A stretch of 64,000 bases of DNA, from the NCBI GenBank assembly GCA_000165345.1, contig CM000433.1, forward strand, positions 320,001-384,000. The letters run 5' to 3'. Positions within the stretch are counted from its first letter, which is position 1. Each line of letters starts with the position of its first letter. Under the pieces are notes generated by a model. The model saw only the letters and a list, made by a program, of their open reading frames with translations. It searched no databases and was not told the origin of the DNA. This document shows positions 30,527 through 40,651 of this stretch, in pieces. Made by a program: the position numbers and the translations under genes.

Positions 30527-33238
30527 ATGGAAGTCTCTTCAGATTTGGTAGATTGGGCTCAATGCGAGCTTTGTAAGAAATGGAGAAAGCTACCGTTAGG
30601 AATGAATCCTAATACTTTACCTGAAGAATGGGTGTGTACAATGAACACATGGGACAAATTATATAGTTCTTGTGACGCAGCAGAGGAGGTTGTTGGAATT
30701 CCTCCTGAAAATTTATATTCAAACATACCTAATCAAGCCGTTTTATCTTCTGATTTTCATAATCGCTCACTTAGAGGGCGGAAAAAAAATTTTAGTACTT
30801 GCATAAATAATAATTCACCTATACAGACTATAAACCCCAAACAAATAAGTAATCAAAGCACAAACTTGATCGAAGATGTTAAAAAAGATTTTAATGATAT
30901 TACTATTCCTGATGGCTCGCTTAACAAATCATTAATTGATAGTTTGAGTCAATGGAGCAAAGAGCTTAGGCTAAGCTATACAAGCTTATCTTCAGGCAAC
31001 CTAAGCAAAAGTTTCCCTTCATGCTGGCCCTTAGAATATCAAAATTTGAATAGTATTCCTTTATTCAGAAATAGATTTTTTGAAAGCTTTGAGAAATCAA
31101 GATCAAAAAACAACGGTTTTTCTGGAAATCACGAGTTACTTTCAAATCTAAAAGATTCACAAAGTTTCCCATTATGTATTTTCAAAAGTAACATAATTAC
31201 TTCAAAAAATCATCCGCTTGAAGGAAGGTCAATTATTACAGGTACAGATATTCCGATTGTTTTTAAATTAATCGGTAGATTGATCAACGGTATCTTTCCA
31301 ATTATTTCAAAGAATCAGCCAATTAAATATTCTAATAATCAATATACAAATAATCCTATTTCATTATCTAATACTCAAAAGAGTCAAGGCACAATATCAA
31401 GCATTCACACAAATTCTATTGAATTAATTCCAGCGACGAGATCTGACTGGGATTCTCCATTCATTGATTTATCAAATTCTTTATTTATTTCGAATTGCGC
31501 TAACTATAAGTTAGGCAAACGCGATGACAGCTGGAGTAAATGCAGATTTTCATACTCTAAATTATTCCCTGAAGAAGATTACTTTTCATTGGCACCAAAT
31601 TATCTAAAAGAAACAAATTTTGATTTAAAGGCAGTTAATTCTAAAATTATAACGGAAGAATTTAATGAACAAACAAATATTGATATTTTAGATTTATTTC
31701 CAATCTTTTCTTGGTTGGAAAATCCAAATAATTTTAACCATCCTATGTATCCTAAAGTTGCACAATCTAATTTAACAACTCAAGTCATTAAAATTTCGAA
31801 AAAGTGTAAAATGAACAAAAACAATATTCGTAATAGGACGAAGCAAATAGATCCAGACCAGGCTGAAATCACACATAAATTGAGAAGGTCGTCACGGAAT
31901 TCTAACAAAGTTCAAAGTTCTGAGAGAAATAATGCTGAAAGTGAATTTTCCATTAAAGACGATTTTGCAATGGAGATGAATAATTCTGTCTTACAATCCA
32001 TAGATGACTTTAATAATGGAGAATTAAACTTATCAAGCACTTCTAGCGAACAGGTAGATGAGCCTAGCAAGAGGATTGATAAAGTTGATTTTTCAACTGA
32101 GAGTAGCAATAACAATCTTTCGAAAAATGTTAACAGCAGCGATCTAAATATTAAGAAAATCGATTTAAACGAACAGTTAGAGTTGAATAATTTTTCAGAA
32201 ATTGAAGAGAAAAAGTTAGATTCAGAAATTAATAATAATGAAATAGATACTATCAATGAATCCAATATTCTAGATGAGATAAATTTTAATAATACCCAGA
32301 ATTTGCCTATGGATAGCGGGCTTCCATTTCTCGATTCAAAAGTAGACTCTAAAAAATTGTTTGAAAATGATGAATACAATCTTTCAGAATTGGGAAGCTA
32401 TAAAAGAAAAAATAAGTCTTTAGCAGAATATAGTGAAAGCTGCGATTCTATTAAAACTGAAGAAATAAATCATGATATATTTGAAGGCAGGAATAGAACT
32501 AATAAAAAAAGATTAAGAAAAAAATCTTTAATTTCAGATGAAATTAGTGATAAACATATTACAAACAGCATCGATGAAAATTGTAATACTGAATTTAAGT
32601 TATTACTGAATGAGACAATTCCGGCTACATATCAGGAGTCTGAACGAAAACTTGGAACTAGCATTGATTCTGAAACTTTTAATAAGGCTAATGAACAAAA
32701 TTTCCTTATAATTCCAAGGAAGAAGTGTTTGGAGGCTACAAGTTCTATCTCTCTTTCCCCAAAGAGTGATCCTTGGGTTCCTAAGTCTGATTCAAATTTC
32801 AGCAAACATGATAACCAATTGGATGATACTTCTCAGTCACATATACAAAAAATGAGAGGTTACAATTGGCAAGCAGATCAAAAACGACAAAGACAATCCG
32901 ATCAACGGAGACCTGTTCAAGTTTCTTCTTGTCACAAAAATTACTATTATCAAAGCAAACATAGGATACTAACTGGTTATGAATCTCATAACAAGCATTA
33001 CCCGAGACATAGGAATAATCCAAATTCGGATTTTGCCAATCACCACTCTAGCAGCTTCTTCAATAATTCTCACTATTATTCACAAAATAACTTGTCTGGA
33101 AATCAATTAATGCAACAAATGCCTGTAAACGAGCCTAATTATGATTATGCAAATTTTAAAGGGTACTTAAATTCAAAGTATAGTTCTAGTAACTCAAATT
33201 CAACAAACTCAACAAATAGACATTATCGTGGACGTTAG
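30527..33238 (+). CDS. CW-type zinc-finger protein, followed by a long low-complexity tail
   Basis: The zf-CW signature sits right after the start: DWAQCELCKKWRKLPLGMNPNTLPEEWVCTMNTWDKLYSSCDAAEE. The track start 30479 is TTG; the first ATG is 30527. Confidence 0.7.
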   Translation: MEVSSDLVDWAQCELCKKWRKLPLGMNPNTLPEEWVCTMNTWDKLYSSCDAAEEVVGIPPENLYSNIPNQAVLSSDFHNRSLRGRKKNFSTCINNNSPIQTINPKQISNQSTNLIEDVKKDFNDITIPDGSLNKSLIDSLSQWSKELRLSYTSLSSGNLSKSFPSCWPLEYQNLNSIPLFRNRFFESFEKSRSKNNGFSGNHELLSNLKDSQSFPLCIFKSNIITSKNHPLEGRSIITGTDIPIVFKLIGRLINGIFPIISKNQPIKYSNNQYTNNPISLSNTQKSQGTISSIHTNSIELIPATRSDWDSPFIDLSNSLFISNCANYKLGKRDDSWSKCRFSYSKLFPEEDYFSLAPNYLKETNFDLKAVNSKIITEEFNEQTNIDILDLFPIFSWLENPNNFNHPMYPKVAQSNLTTQVIKISKKCKMNKNNIRNRTKQIDPDQAEITHKLRRSSRNSNKVQSSERNNAESEFSIKDDFAMEMNNSVLQSIDDFNNGELNLSSTSSEQVDEPSKRIDKVDFSTESSNNNLSKNVNSSDLNIKKIDLNEQLELNNFSEIEEKKLDSEINNNEIDTINESNILDEINFNNTQNLPMDSGLPFLDSKVDSKKLFENDEYNLSELGSYKRKNKSLAEYSESCDSIKTEEINHDIFEGRNRTNKKRLRKKSLISDEISDKHITNSIDENCNTEFKLLLNETIPATYQESERKLGTSIDSETFNKANEQNFLIIPRKKCLEATSSISLSPKSDPWVPKSDSNFSKHDNQLDDTSQSHIQKMRGYNWQADQKRQRQSDQRRPVQVSSCHKNYYYQSKHRILTGYESHNKHYPRHRNNPNSDFANHHSSSFFNNSHYYSQNNLSGNQLMQQMPVNEPNYDYANFKGYLNSKYSSSNSNSTNSTNRHYRGR

Positions 33239-33369
33239 CAGACAACTCAAAGGTTTATTATATATGCTCTATGAATTTGTTTAGTGAATATTTAATTGCT
33301 AATTTTTAGTTTTGTTTCATTGCAATTAGATTCTATTATAAATTTTTTTATCTGTCGCAAAAGTTTATT

Positions 33370-33376
33370 GCGCCAA
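33370..33376. promoter_or_regulatory. GCGCCAA (complement of TTGGCGC) 43 nt upstream of the amino-acid transporter ATG
   Basis: tttattGCGCCAAggaataatgc. Confidence 0.3.
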
Positions 33377-33418
33377 GGAATAATGCTTTAACTATTGTCT
33401 AAATGAGTAAGAATAAAA

Positions 33419-35065
33419 ATGAGCATACTTAGGAAAGATTCATTCTTTTCAATATGCTTCCTATTGATTAGCGCAGCTACAGGCATGGGAGTATTAACTC
33501 TTCCATGGGCATTTCGACAGACTGGACTGTTTTTGGGAATAATTGTATTGTTATATTGGAGCATTTTATGCAGCACAACGATATATTTTTTAATAATGGG
33601 AGGATTACACTACAAAGTCTCTAATATTACTGAATTAATGTATTATAGTATTCTTGGTGAAGCAAAAATTGAAAATACCCCAATTGAAGCCGAATTGAGT
33701 TCAGTTGGAAGCAAAAAAAGAGTGAAGATAGCGTCAAAAGTCGCAGTATTATGCGATGTACTCATTTTATTTGATTGTTTGTTCATTATTCCTTGCTTAT
33801 TAATTTTTCTTTCAGATTTTCTTATCCCAATTAATATTCTTGTTCAACAAGAGCTGCCCAAGTTATCAATTCGTTATCCAGGTCTTGAAAAATCTTCTCT
33901 GGCGAAGCTGTTTTATAATCTGTTTTTTTCTATTTCACTTTTTTTTACAGAAAGATATCGATGCATAATATTCTTTTGCGTAATCGTTTTTTTGTTATGC
34001 ATACCGAATAATTTCTCTGCTGTAAAATTGGTATCAGTTTTGTCCGTATTTTCATCTGTTTCTACTGCCATCATCATAATTTATTTTGGATTGAGTTCAA
34101 ACCAACCACCAGAATGCCAAAGTGGGATTATGGCTGCAAACACCAACTTCTGCAGAGAAGGAAAAATAGAGCTATTTAATTACAACTCTATTAGGGAGTT
34201 TTGGAAAATAACAAGCGTTTCAAATATTATTTTGTTTTCTCATTTCTGCCACTTGATATTAATCCCTACAACAAAAAATATTCATCATATGTCAACAAGG
34301 AAAATAAAAGGAATTGTAATAACATTTGTATCTGCTATTTTTATTTTTAATTGTTCGGTTGGAATATCTGGATATTCAATCTTTAGGTCGAACACATTAC
34401 CAAATATTATCAGCAACTTTGCATACAATGACCCTTTAATTGTTCTAGTAAGGGTCTATTTGACACTATCATTAACTGTCACAGTATGTATGGAAATAAT
34501 ACCATTAATAGATAGTTTTTCCTCGACTGTTATGTTTTTATTCAAGTCAATTGGTAGTTTAATCGATAAAAGAAAATCCGAAATAGAGATAACTAGTTCT
34601 ATTAAAAATTCAGAGCCAAATTTAACAGCAGATGAAGAAACGAACTCCAATCAATGCACATCTACACTGGCGTCTACTGTTAATCTGACTCCATATTTTG
34701 GAATTAACGAACAAAAAGAAAAAAATAATGAACAGGCAGATTCTAGTATGAAAAAATGTCGATGTAATCGTTCAAATTTCATGTTTTTGTCAAAAGATAA
34801 GCTAGTTAAAATATTGAACTTAATTATTGTCCTTACATTCTCAGGTATTATGGCAATCGGGTTCAGCTCCGTTGCCAAGTTAATTCAGGTCACAGGGGGA
34901 ACACTTGATGGGATATTTGTGTTTATTATTCCTGCGTGGGTATACTATTCAACATACTTCAAGCATCACAACAAGATATTTGGGATAACATTGTTATCTT
35001 TATACTTTGTGAATTTTGTCGTAGCCTCTCTTTCGGGAATTGTAGGACTATTTAAAGTGGAATAG
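33419..35065 (+). CDS. Transmembrane amino-acid transporter (Aa_trans / SLC38-AVT family)
   Basis: N-terminal ISAATGMGVLTLPWAFRQTGLFLG motif, then about 10 further hydrophobic helices, typical of the Aa_trans family. Confidence 0.8.
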   Translation: MSILRKDSFFSICFLLISAATGMGVLTLPWAFRQTGLFLGIIVLLYWSILCSTTIYFLIMGGLHYKVSNITELMYYSILGEAKIENTPIEAELSSVGSKKRVKIASKVAVLCDVLILFDCLFIIPCLLIFLSDFLIPINILVQQELPKLSIRYPGLEKSSLAKLFYNLFFSISLFFTERYRCIIFFCVIVFLLCIPNNFSAVKLVSVLSVFSSVSTAIIIIYFGLSSNQPPECQSGIMAANTNFCREGKIELFNYNSIREFWKITSVSNIILFSHFCHLILIPTTKNIHHMSTRKIKGIVITFVSAIFIFNCSVGISGYSIFRSNTLPNIISNFAYNDPLIVLVRVYLTLSLTVTVCMEIIPLIDSFSSTVMFLFKSIGSLIDKRKSEIEITSSIKNSEPNLTADEETNSNQCTSTLASTVNLTPYFGINEQKEKNNEQADSSMKKCRCNRSNFMFLSKDKLVKILNLIIVLTFSGIMAIGFSSVAKLIQVTGGTLDGIFVFIIPAWVYYSTYFKHHNKIFGITLLSLYFVNFVVASLSGIVGLFKVE

Positions 35066-35318
35066 AAATACACAAGACACTATCTAGTACAAAAGTTGTT
35101 ACTCGAGGGAGATCGGAAAGTTACAGAGTCATCTATACCAAAAATTATCATTATTACGTGTATTCACACTTGACTATCTGCAATATATTCTATACATTCG
35201 ATAAACAATTCTTTTTCTCTAAATTGTAACTTATTTAAAAAAAAATTTGAAGTTCGAGTAAATAAAGTTGAAGTTTTGTAGAAAGAACATTTGAGTGTTT
35301 GCTGTGGAACTTGTTAGA

Positions 35319-36248
35319 CTAGCAAGAACATAATCCAACCTTTTTACCCATATTATATTTGACTCTCTTTTGCTTGCCATTTACAGTAAGTATTCCTTCA
35401 CCATGACGGAAATCCCTAAAAAATTCGCCATCAAAAATATCACCATTAGACTCTGTCATGATACCTTTACCCTGTCTTATCCCATTTACAACTTCTCCAG
35501 TGTACTTTCCACCATCAGGGTAAATAATTGCAGCATCACCATCGACCTGGCCATCTTTCCAATTTGCCTTTAGCACGCGATTATCCTCTGCAAATGTTAG
35601 TGAGCCTGGCCCATCTGTGAGACCATTTTTGAATCCACCAACATAGTAGTTTCCATTTGAATAAGTATACTTTCCCTGCCCATTGGGTGCGCCATTCTGG
35701 AAATCTCCCTCATATGAACTACTGTCACTGAACTTCAAGAGACCATGGCCATGCTCTTTACCGTCAAACCATTCTCCTGTGTACACTGATCCATCCGTAT
35801 ATCTGGATGTACCTTGTCCGTTTCTCATGTCTCTCGAGTACTGGCCTTCATATATTCTTCCAGTTGCAAGCTTGTAAACACCAAACCCTTCCTTAACTCC
35901 ATCTTTGTATTCACCCTCAAATCTGTCACCATTTGGCCAGGTATATATTCCATGACCACACTTAACGCCTCTTACATACTCTCCCTCAAAGACTTCGCCA
36001 TTAGACCATCTATAGATCCCATGACCCCATTTTATATCATCTTTGTAATAGCCTTCAAATTTATCTCCATTCGCCCATGTATAAACCCCATAGCCGTTCT
36101 TAAGACCGTTGGAATACTCACCTTCATAAACATCTCCAGTATTGACTTTATAAACTCCATTTCCATGTTTGAGGCCCTTTTCGTTAACATCGCCCTCATA
36201 TACACCATTTGGATCTGTAATTACTGCTCTACGACTAACTCCTGACAT
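35319..36248 (-). CDS. MORN-repeat protein, 309 aa
   Basis: More than 12 tandem MORN units (YEGEYxNGxKxGxGxYxW/Y) and a C-terminal CSC. Confidence 0.85.
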   Translation of the reverse strand: MSGVSRRAVITDPNGVYEGDVNEKGLKHGNGVYKVNTGDVYEGEYSNGLKNGYGVYTWANGDKFEGYYKDDIKWGHGIYRWSNGEVFEGEYVRGVKCGHGIYTWPNGDRFEGEYKDGVKEGFGVYKLATGRIYEGQYSRDMRNGQGTSRYTDGSVYTGEWFDGKEHGHGLLKFSDSSSYEGDFQNGAPNGQGKYTYSNGNYYVGGFKNGLTDGPGSLTFAEDNRVLKANWKDGQVDGDAAIIYPDGGKYTGEVVNGIRQGKGIMTESNGDIFDGEFFRDFRHGEGILTVNGKQKRVKYNMGKKVGLCSC

Positions 36249-36397
36249 GATTTATATAAATTTGTTGAGCTCACAACGAATATGGTAATATTAATACTTA
36301 TCACGTGCGAAAAGCAAAAACAGCATTACCTCACAAAAATATTCACCCAGTTAAATAGGTATAAACAGTATTAAAGTTTAAATAAACTATATGGAAA

Positions 36398-36448
36398 CGG
36401 CACGTCTACGTCTCGACCATGTGAGTACATTTGAGACGTATATTGCCG
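36398..36448. promoter_or_regulatory. GC-rich imperfect hairpin with a tandem ACGTCT ACGTCT direct repeat, in the divergent promoter region between the MORN and DJ-1 genes
   Basis: cggca cgtct ACGTCTC gaccatgtgagtacattt GAGACGT atat tgccg. The 7-bp and 5-bp stems were read directly. Confidence 0.3.
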
Positions 36449-36821
36449 CCTTAAATTTTTTTTTAATATTAAGTTTTTTAGAGAAGTGCAATGGTTCAAA
36501 GTTCGAGGAAAATGCTAAATTCCAATTTTGACTTTTAGATTAAGCAAATCTTTTGTATGTGTTTAAATTACCACGCCTCTGATTCACTGTCCAACTAGCT
36601 GTCTGTAAATCTGTTTGTTGCCATTGAATATGTAATTTACTATAATTTGGTCTTTGCGATACCCAATTATTTTTATTTAACCTAGATTATATTTATGGGA
36701 AGTTTATTGATTTTTTTTTTCCGCCAACTCAATCTTTAAAAAACTTCTTTTTGGCCGCTCTGAGCTTCATCAAACTCTCAGTAGTCTATTTATTATTGCT
36801 ATTTCACTCGAATAAATCACA

Positions 36822-37379
36822 ATGCCAAAAAAGGTTTTAGTTGCTCTCGCAAACGGATTCGAAGAAATTGAATTCGTAACTCCAGTTGATATTCTGAGAA
36901 GGGCGGACCTGAATGTTACAATAGCAGTTTCAGGAGATTGCAAAAGAGTTATGGGAGCACACGGGATAACTATTATGGGTGACAAGTTGTTGGATGAGGT
37001 ATTGTCTGAAGATTACGATTTAGTCATGTGCCCTGGCGGAATGGATTGCGCAATTAAGCTTGGGAGTGATCAAAATTTATTGAAAATATTGCGTGAAACG
37101 AAAAAAAAAGGTGGAATAATAGCTTCTATTTGTGCTTCTCCTGTTATTGTATTTGAGAAAAATGGTCTACTTTCAGACGTTGAAAAGGCAGTTAGTTATC
37201 CATCTATGATGAACGAACTTAATAGGCCAGACAGCTCAAATGCAGCAGTTTGCGTGAGCTCTAATGTGGTAACCTCACAGGGACCAGGAACTTCTGTTTT
37301 ATTTGGTTTAAAGCTTGTAGAAATGTTGTGTGGAGTGGAAAAATCGAAGTTAATTGCAGATACAATAGTTGCAGCTTGA
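36822..37379 (+). CDS. DJ-1/PfpI (ThiJ) family protein
   Basis: KKVLVALANGFEEIEFVTPVDILRRA, then MCPGG, then the nucleophile-elbow ICASP motif characteristic of DJ-1/PfpI. Confidence 0.85.
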   Translation: MPKKVLVALANGFEEIEFVTPVDILRRADLNVTIAVSGDCKRVMGAHGITIMGDKLLDEVLSEDYDLVMCPGGMDCAIKLGSDQNLLKILRETKKKGGIIASICASPVIVFEKNGLLSDVEKAVSYPSMMNELNRPDSSNAAVCVSSNVVTSQGPGTSVLFGLKLVEMLCGVEKSKLIADTIVAA

Positions 37380-37543
37380 ATATTGAATTTATTATTTCAT
37401 AAATGGACAATTTGTCAGCTTTTTGGAATAATAAGTTTATATCACTTCAATAAGATAGAATATTTAAAAGTGTGTAATAATTCTATCTGCACGCTTGTGT
37501 GTTCATCAGTTAGGATCTTAGTTGCTTAGTGCATTAGCAATTA

Positions 37544-38485
<942 letters not shown>

Positions 38486-38528
38486 GTAAGTTAAAGGGAA
38501 ATATATTATTTTTATCATACATTAATAG

Positions 38529-38728
38529 GTTATTGATGGATTTGTACCTCTTACTGTTCACATTTTCTTGCAATATTATAATGTTAAAAATCGTTCAAGA
38601 GTAGGGTTTAAGAAAAATAAGTTTGCGGCATTTCAATTCATGGTTGATTCAAAACTTGATAGTGAAGAGATATGCAGAAAGCCATCTAATTTCATTGGAA
38701 GGCTAACTACCAGACAAAAATTAGTAAC
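38529..38728 (+). CDS. Same gene, exon 2 (intron 38486..38528 is 43 nt; ends phase 2 at TAAC|GTAAGT)
   Basis: The frame is open from acceptor AATAG|GTT to the donor. The in-frame TAG is the acceptor itself. Confidence 0.55.
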
Positions 38729-38773
38729 GTAAGTATTATTTAGCCACTTTTTGAGGTTTGAACAACTTTTTAG

Positions 38774-38963
38774 ATCCAATTCTATCTCAGTTCCTATTGG
38801 CATATTTAAAAGTAATGGAATATCAGGGGTTATAAGCTCAATTAAGGCAAAGTATATCTGTAAAAGCCCTAAATGCTTCCCAAAGCAATATAATTCTTGT
38901 ATAAAAATAACTTGCGCATTAAATCAGGCAGATCTACATAATCAAAAATGGAGGAAAATTCAA
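38774..38963 (+). CDS. Same gene, exon 3 (intron 38729..38773 is 45 nt; donor CAA|GTAAGT at 38964)
   Basis: Acceptor TTTTTAG|A completes codon ACA. The frame matches the track ORF 38751..39116, whose start is TTG. Confidence 0.55.
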
Positions 38964-39004
38964 GTAAGTATAAATTACACAAATGTTCAATTAATGTTTT
39001 TCAG

Positions 39005-39072
39005 AGTGAAAGTATTGAAGAGAGGAAAAGAGAAATTGAAAAGGCTGTTTCAAATGAACTCCAAAATTTTAG
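39005..39072 (+). CDS. Same gene, exon 4 (intron 38964..39004 is 41 nt; donor TAG|GTAAGT at 39073)
   Basis: Acceptor TTTTTCAG. Only the phase-0 frame SESIEERKREIEKAVSNELQNF joins both flanks. Confidence 0.5.
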
Positions 39073-39118
39073 GTAAGTTGCTTAGAAGTGAAACTAGATT
39101 TATTGACTTCGTTTAAAG

Positions 39119-39449
39119 GGAATTTGCTGCGGAAACACAAGGCCCATCAAACAATGAAGAAAATACAGAAGTTCAATCAAATAAAATGAATGGACCATTA
39201 TCTTTTATAGACGATATTCAGCAGCATTCTAATGGAAACACTGCATACCAAATCGAGAATGTCAAAGATTTGGGAGAAAGTGAAGGCGATAAAAAAGAAA
39301 ATTTACATAACCATAAAAATACGAATGAAGCTATTAAAATTCAGACAAAAAAAGAAGAGGAAATAATTGATGCACCATCAGATGAAAAAAGATCCTCAGG
39401 TTTGGTGGAAAGATTAAAACGTTCGCTGGGAGTTTCAGCGGAAGAAGAG
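39119..39449 (+). CDS. Same gene, exon 5 (intron 39073..39118 is 46 nt; donor GAG|GTAAGT at 39450)
   Basis: Acceptor TTTAAAG|G. The frame equals that of the 39186 ORF but is open upstream only back to the acceptor. Confidence 0.55.
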
Positions 39450-39493
39450 GTAAGTCAGTAATTTTAATAATCCCGATTACAATAATTCTGTAG

Positions 39494-39691
39494 TTAACTT
39501 CAAATAACGTGGAGGAAGGGAATACCGAGGACAATTCACAAGAAGGGGATGAAGATATACCATTTCAACCAGAAATAACGATAAATGACAGAATTGAAAA
39601 TCCACGGAGCAATATGAAGAATATCATATATGTAACTTTGGGAATAACTTGTACAGTCATAATTATAATAGGCGCAATATGCATTATTTAA
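39494..39691 (+). CDS. Same gene, exon 6 (intron 39450..39493 is 44 nt; stop TAA at 39689). It ends in the C-terminal TM helix IIYVTLGITCTVIIIIGAICII. The spliced product is about 645 aa.
   Basis: Acceptor TCTGTAG. The frame equals that of the 39509 ORF, whose track start is GTG. Confidence 0.55.
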   Translation, partial: LTSNNVEEGNTEDNSQEGDEDIPFQPEITINDRIENPRSNMKNIIYVTLGITCTVIIIIGAICII

Positions 39692-39927
39692 TCTTAGCAA
39701 AAACATAAAGCTAGGGATAGATTATTTTATTTAATACTACAAATTTTCATTAGTTTAATTTACTTTGGCTCATAAATATTAAATTCATAGATTTTGTGCG
39801 CGCGAGAGTTGTAGATGTATTGTCTTCTTGTGTGAAGAAGCATGCTATCAAAGGCAACGGAGCAAAAATCAATTTTCAAAGCATCAATCAAAAACATCTC
39901 TTTATTGCAAAAAAAAAAAAATTAAAA

Positions 39928-40401
39928 ATGGACAGTGGCCAACCTAGCGTTCCAACCATTCCTGCTTCATCAAGTATTTTACCTGTTTCAGGCGCCCCTT
40001 CAATTCCAACATTATATGCTCAACCTAAAACTTTTGTGCCAGTGGATTGCAGAGTAATGCCAGGATACCCATTTGCGAGCCTGGCAGGAGTTCCATGCGT
40101 AATTCCACCCCTCCCTGAAGATTTTGTTACACAAAAGTCAGATAAGGAAGGACCCCAAAACACTCAGAATCTTCCAGAACCACACCGTTTCCACAATGGG
40201 CAACCACTTAACCCGTATATATCTCCAACGGACCAAACAGTTATTGTCAATGCGCCATACCACCTTGCACAATTTAATCCAGTTAGCGGTTCTAGTATGT
40301 ATTCGCCTTGCAATCCATTTGTTGCATATCCTTATGGTATTCCTGCAAGGGGCCCAACTCCAGGTTCTCAACCAAAAAAAACAGGATTTTATGCATATTA
40401 G
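39928..40401 (+). CDS. Hypothetical Pro-rich low-complexity protein, about 157 aa. The track start 39796 is GTG; the first ATG is 39928.
   Basis: ORF with P/S/G-rich composition that is locally more GC-rich than its surroundings. No domain. Confidence 0.35.
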   Translation: MDSGQPSVPTIPASSSILPVSGAPSIPTLYAQPKTFVPVDCRVMPGYPFASLAGVPCVIPPLPEDFVTQKSDKEGPQNTQNLPEPHRFHNGQPLNPYISPTDQTVIVNAPYHLAQFNPVSGSSMYSPCNPFVAYPYGIPARGPTPGSQPKKTGFYAY

Positions 40402-40651
40402 TAGTTTTAATTTCGTTGAGGAATATAATGCGCATTAGTAAGCAATAGAATAGATTTTATTATTCAGGATTATTAATCAATTCCTTGTTCGTTTGTTTGA
40501 TGTTTACACTAATTAATTTTTATGAAAAATAATCTATAATTTGTAAAATCAGATTGCCGATCAAATTGATTTTAACTGATTTTCCCCACTGTTGTGCATT
40601 GAAGCGGGTATAGCTCACTTTAATAATAAATTACATTTTAATTATGCAAAA

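Noticed and set aside
40604-40617. gcgggtatagctca, resembling the 5' acceptor and D-arm start of a tRNA
   Set aside because: No D-loop GG, anticodon arm or T-arm GTTCGA-like sequence follows. It lies in the 5' end region of the large ORF. It is a coincidence, not a tRNA.
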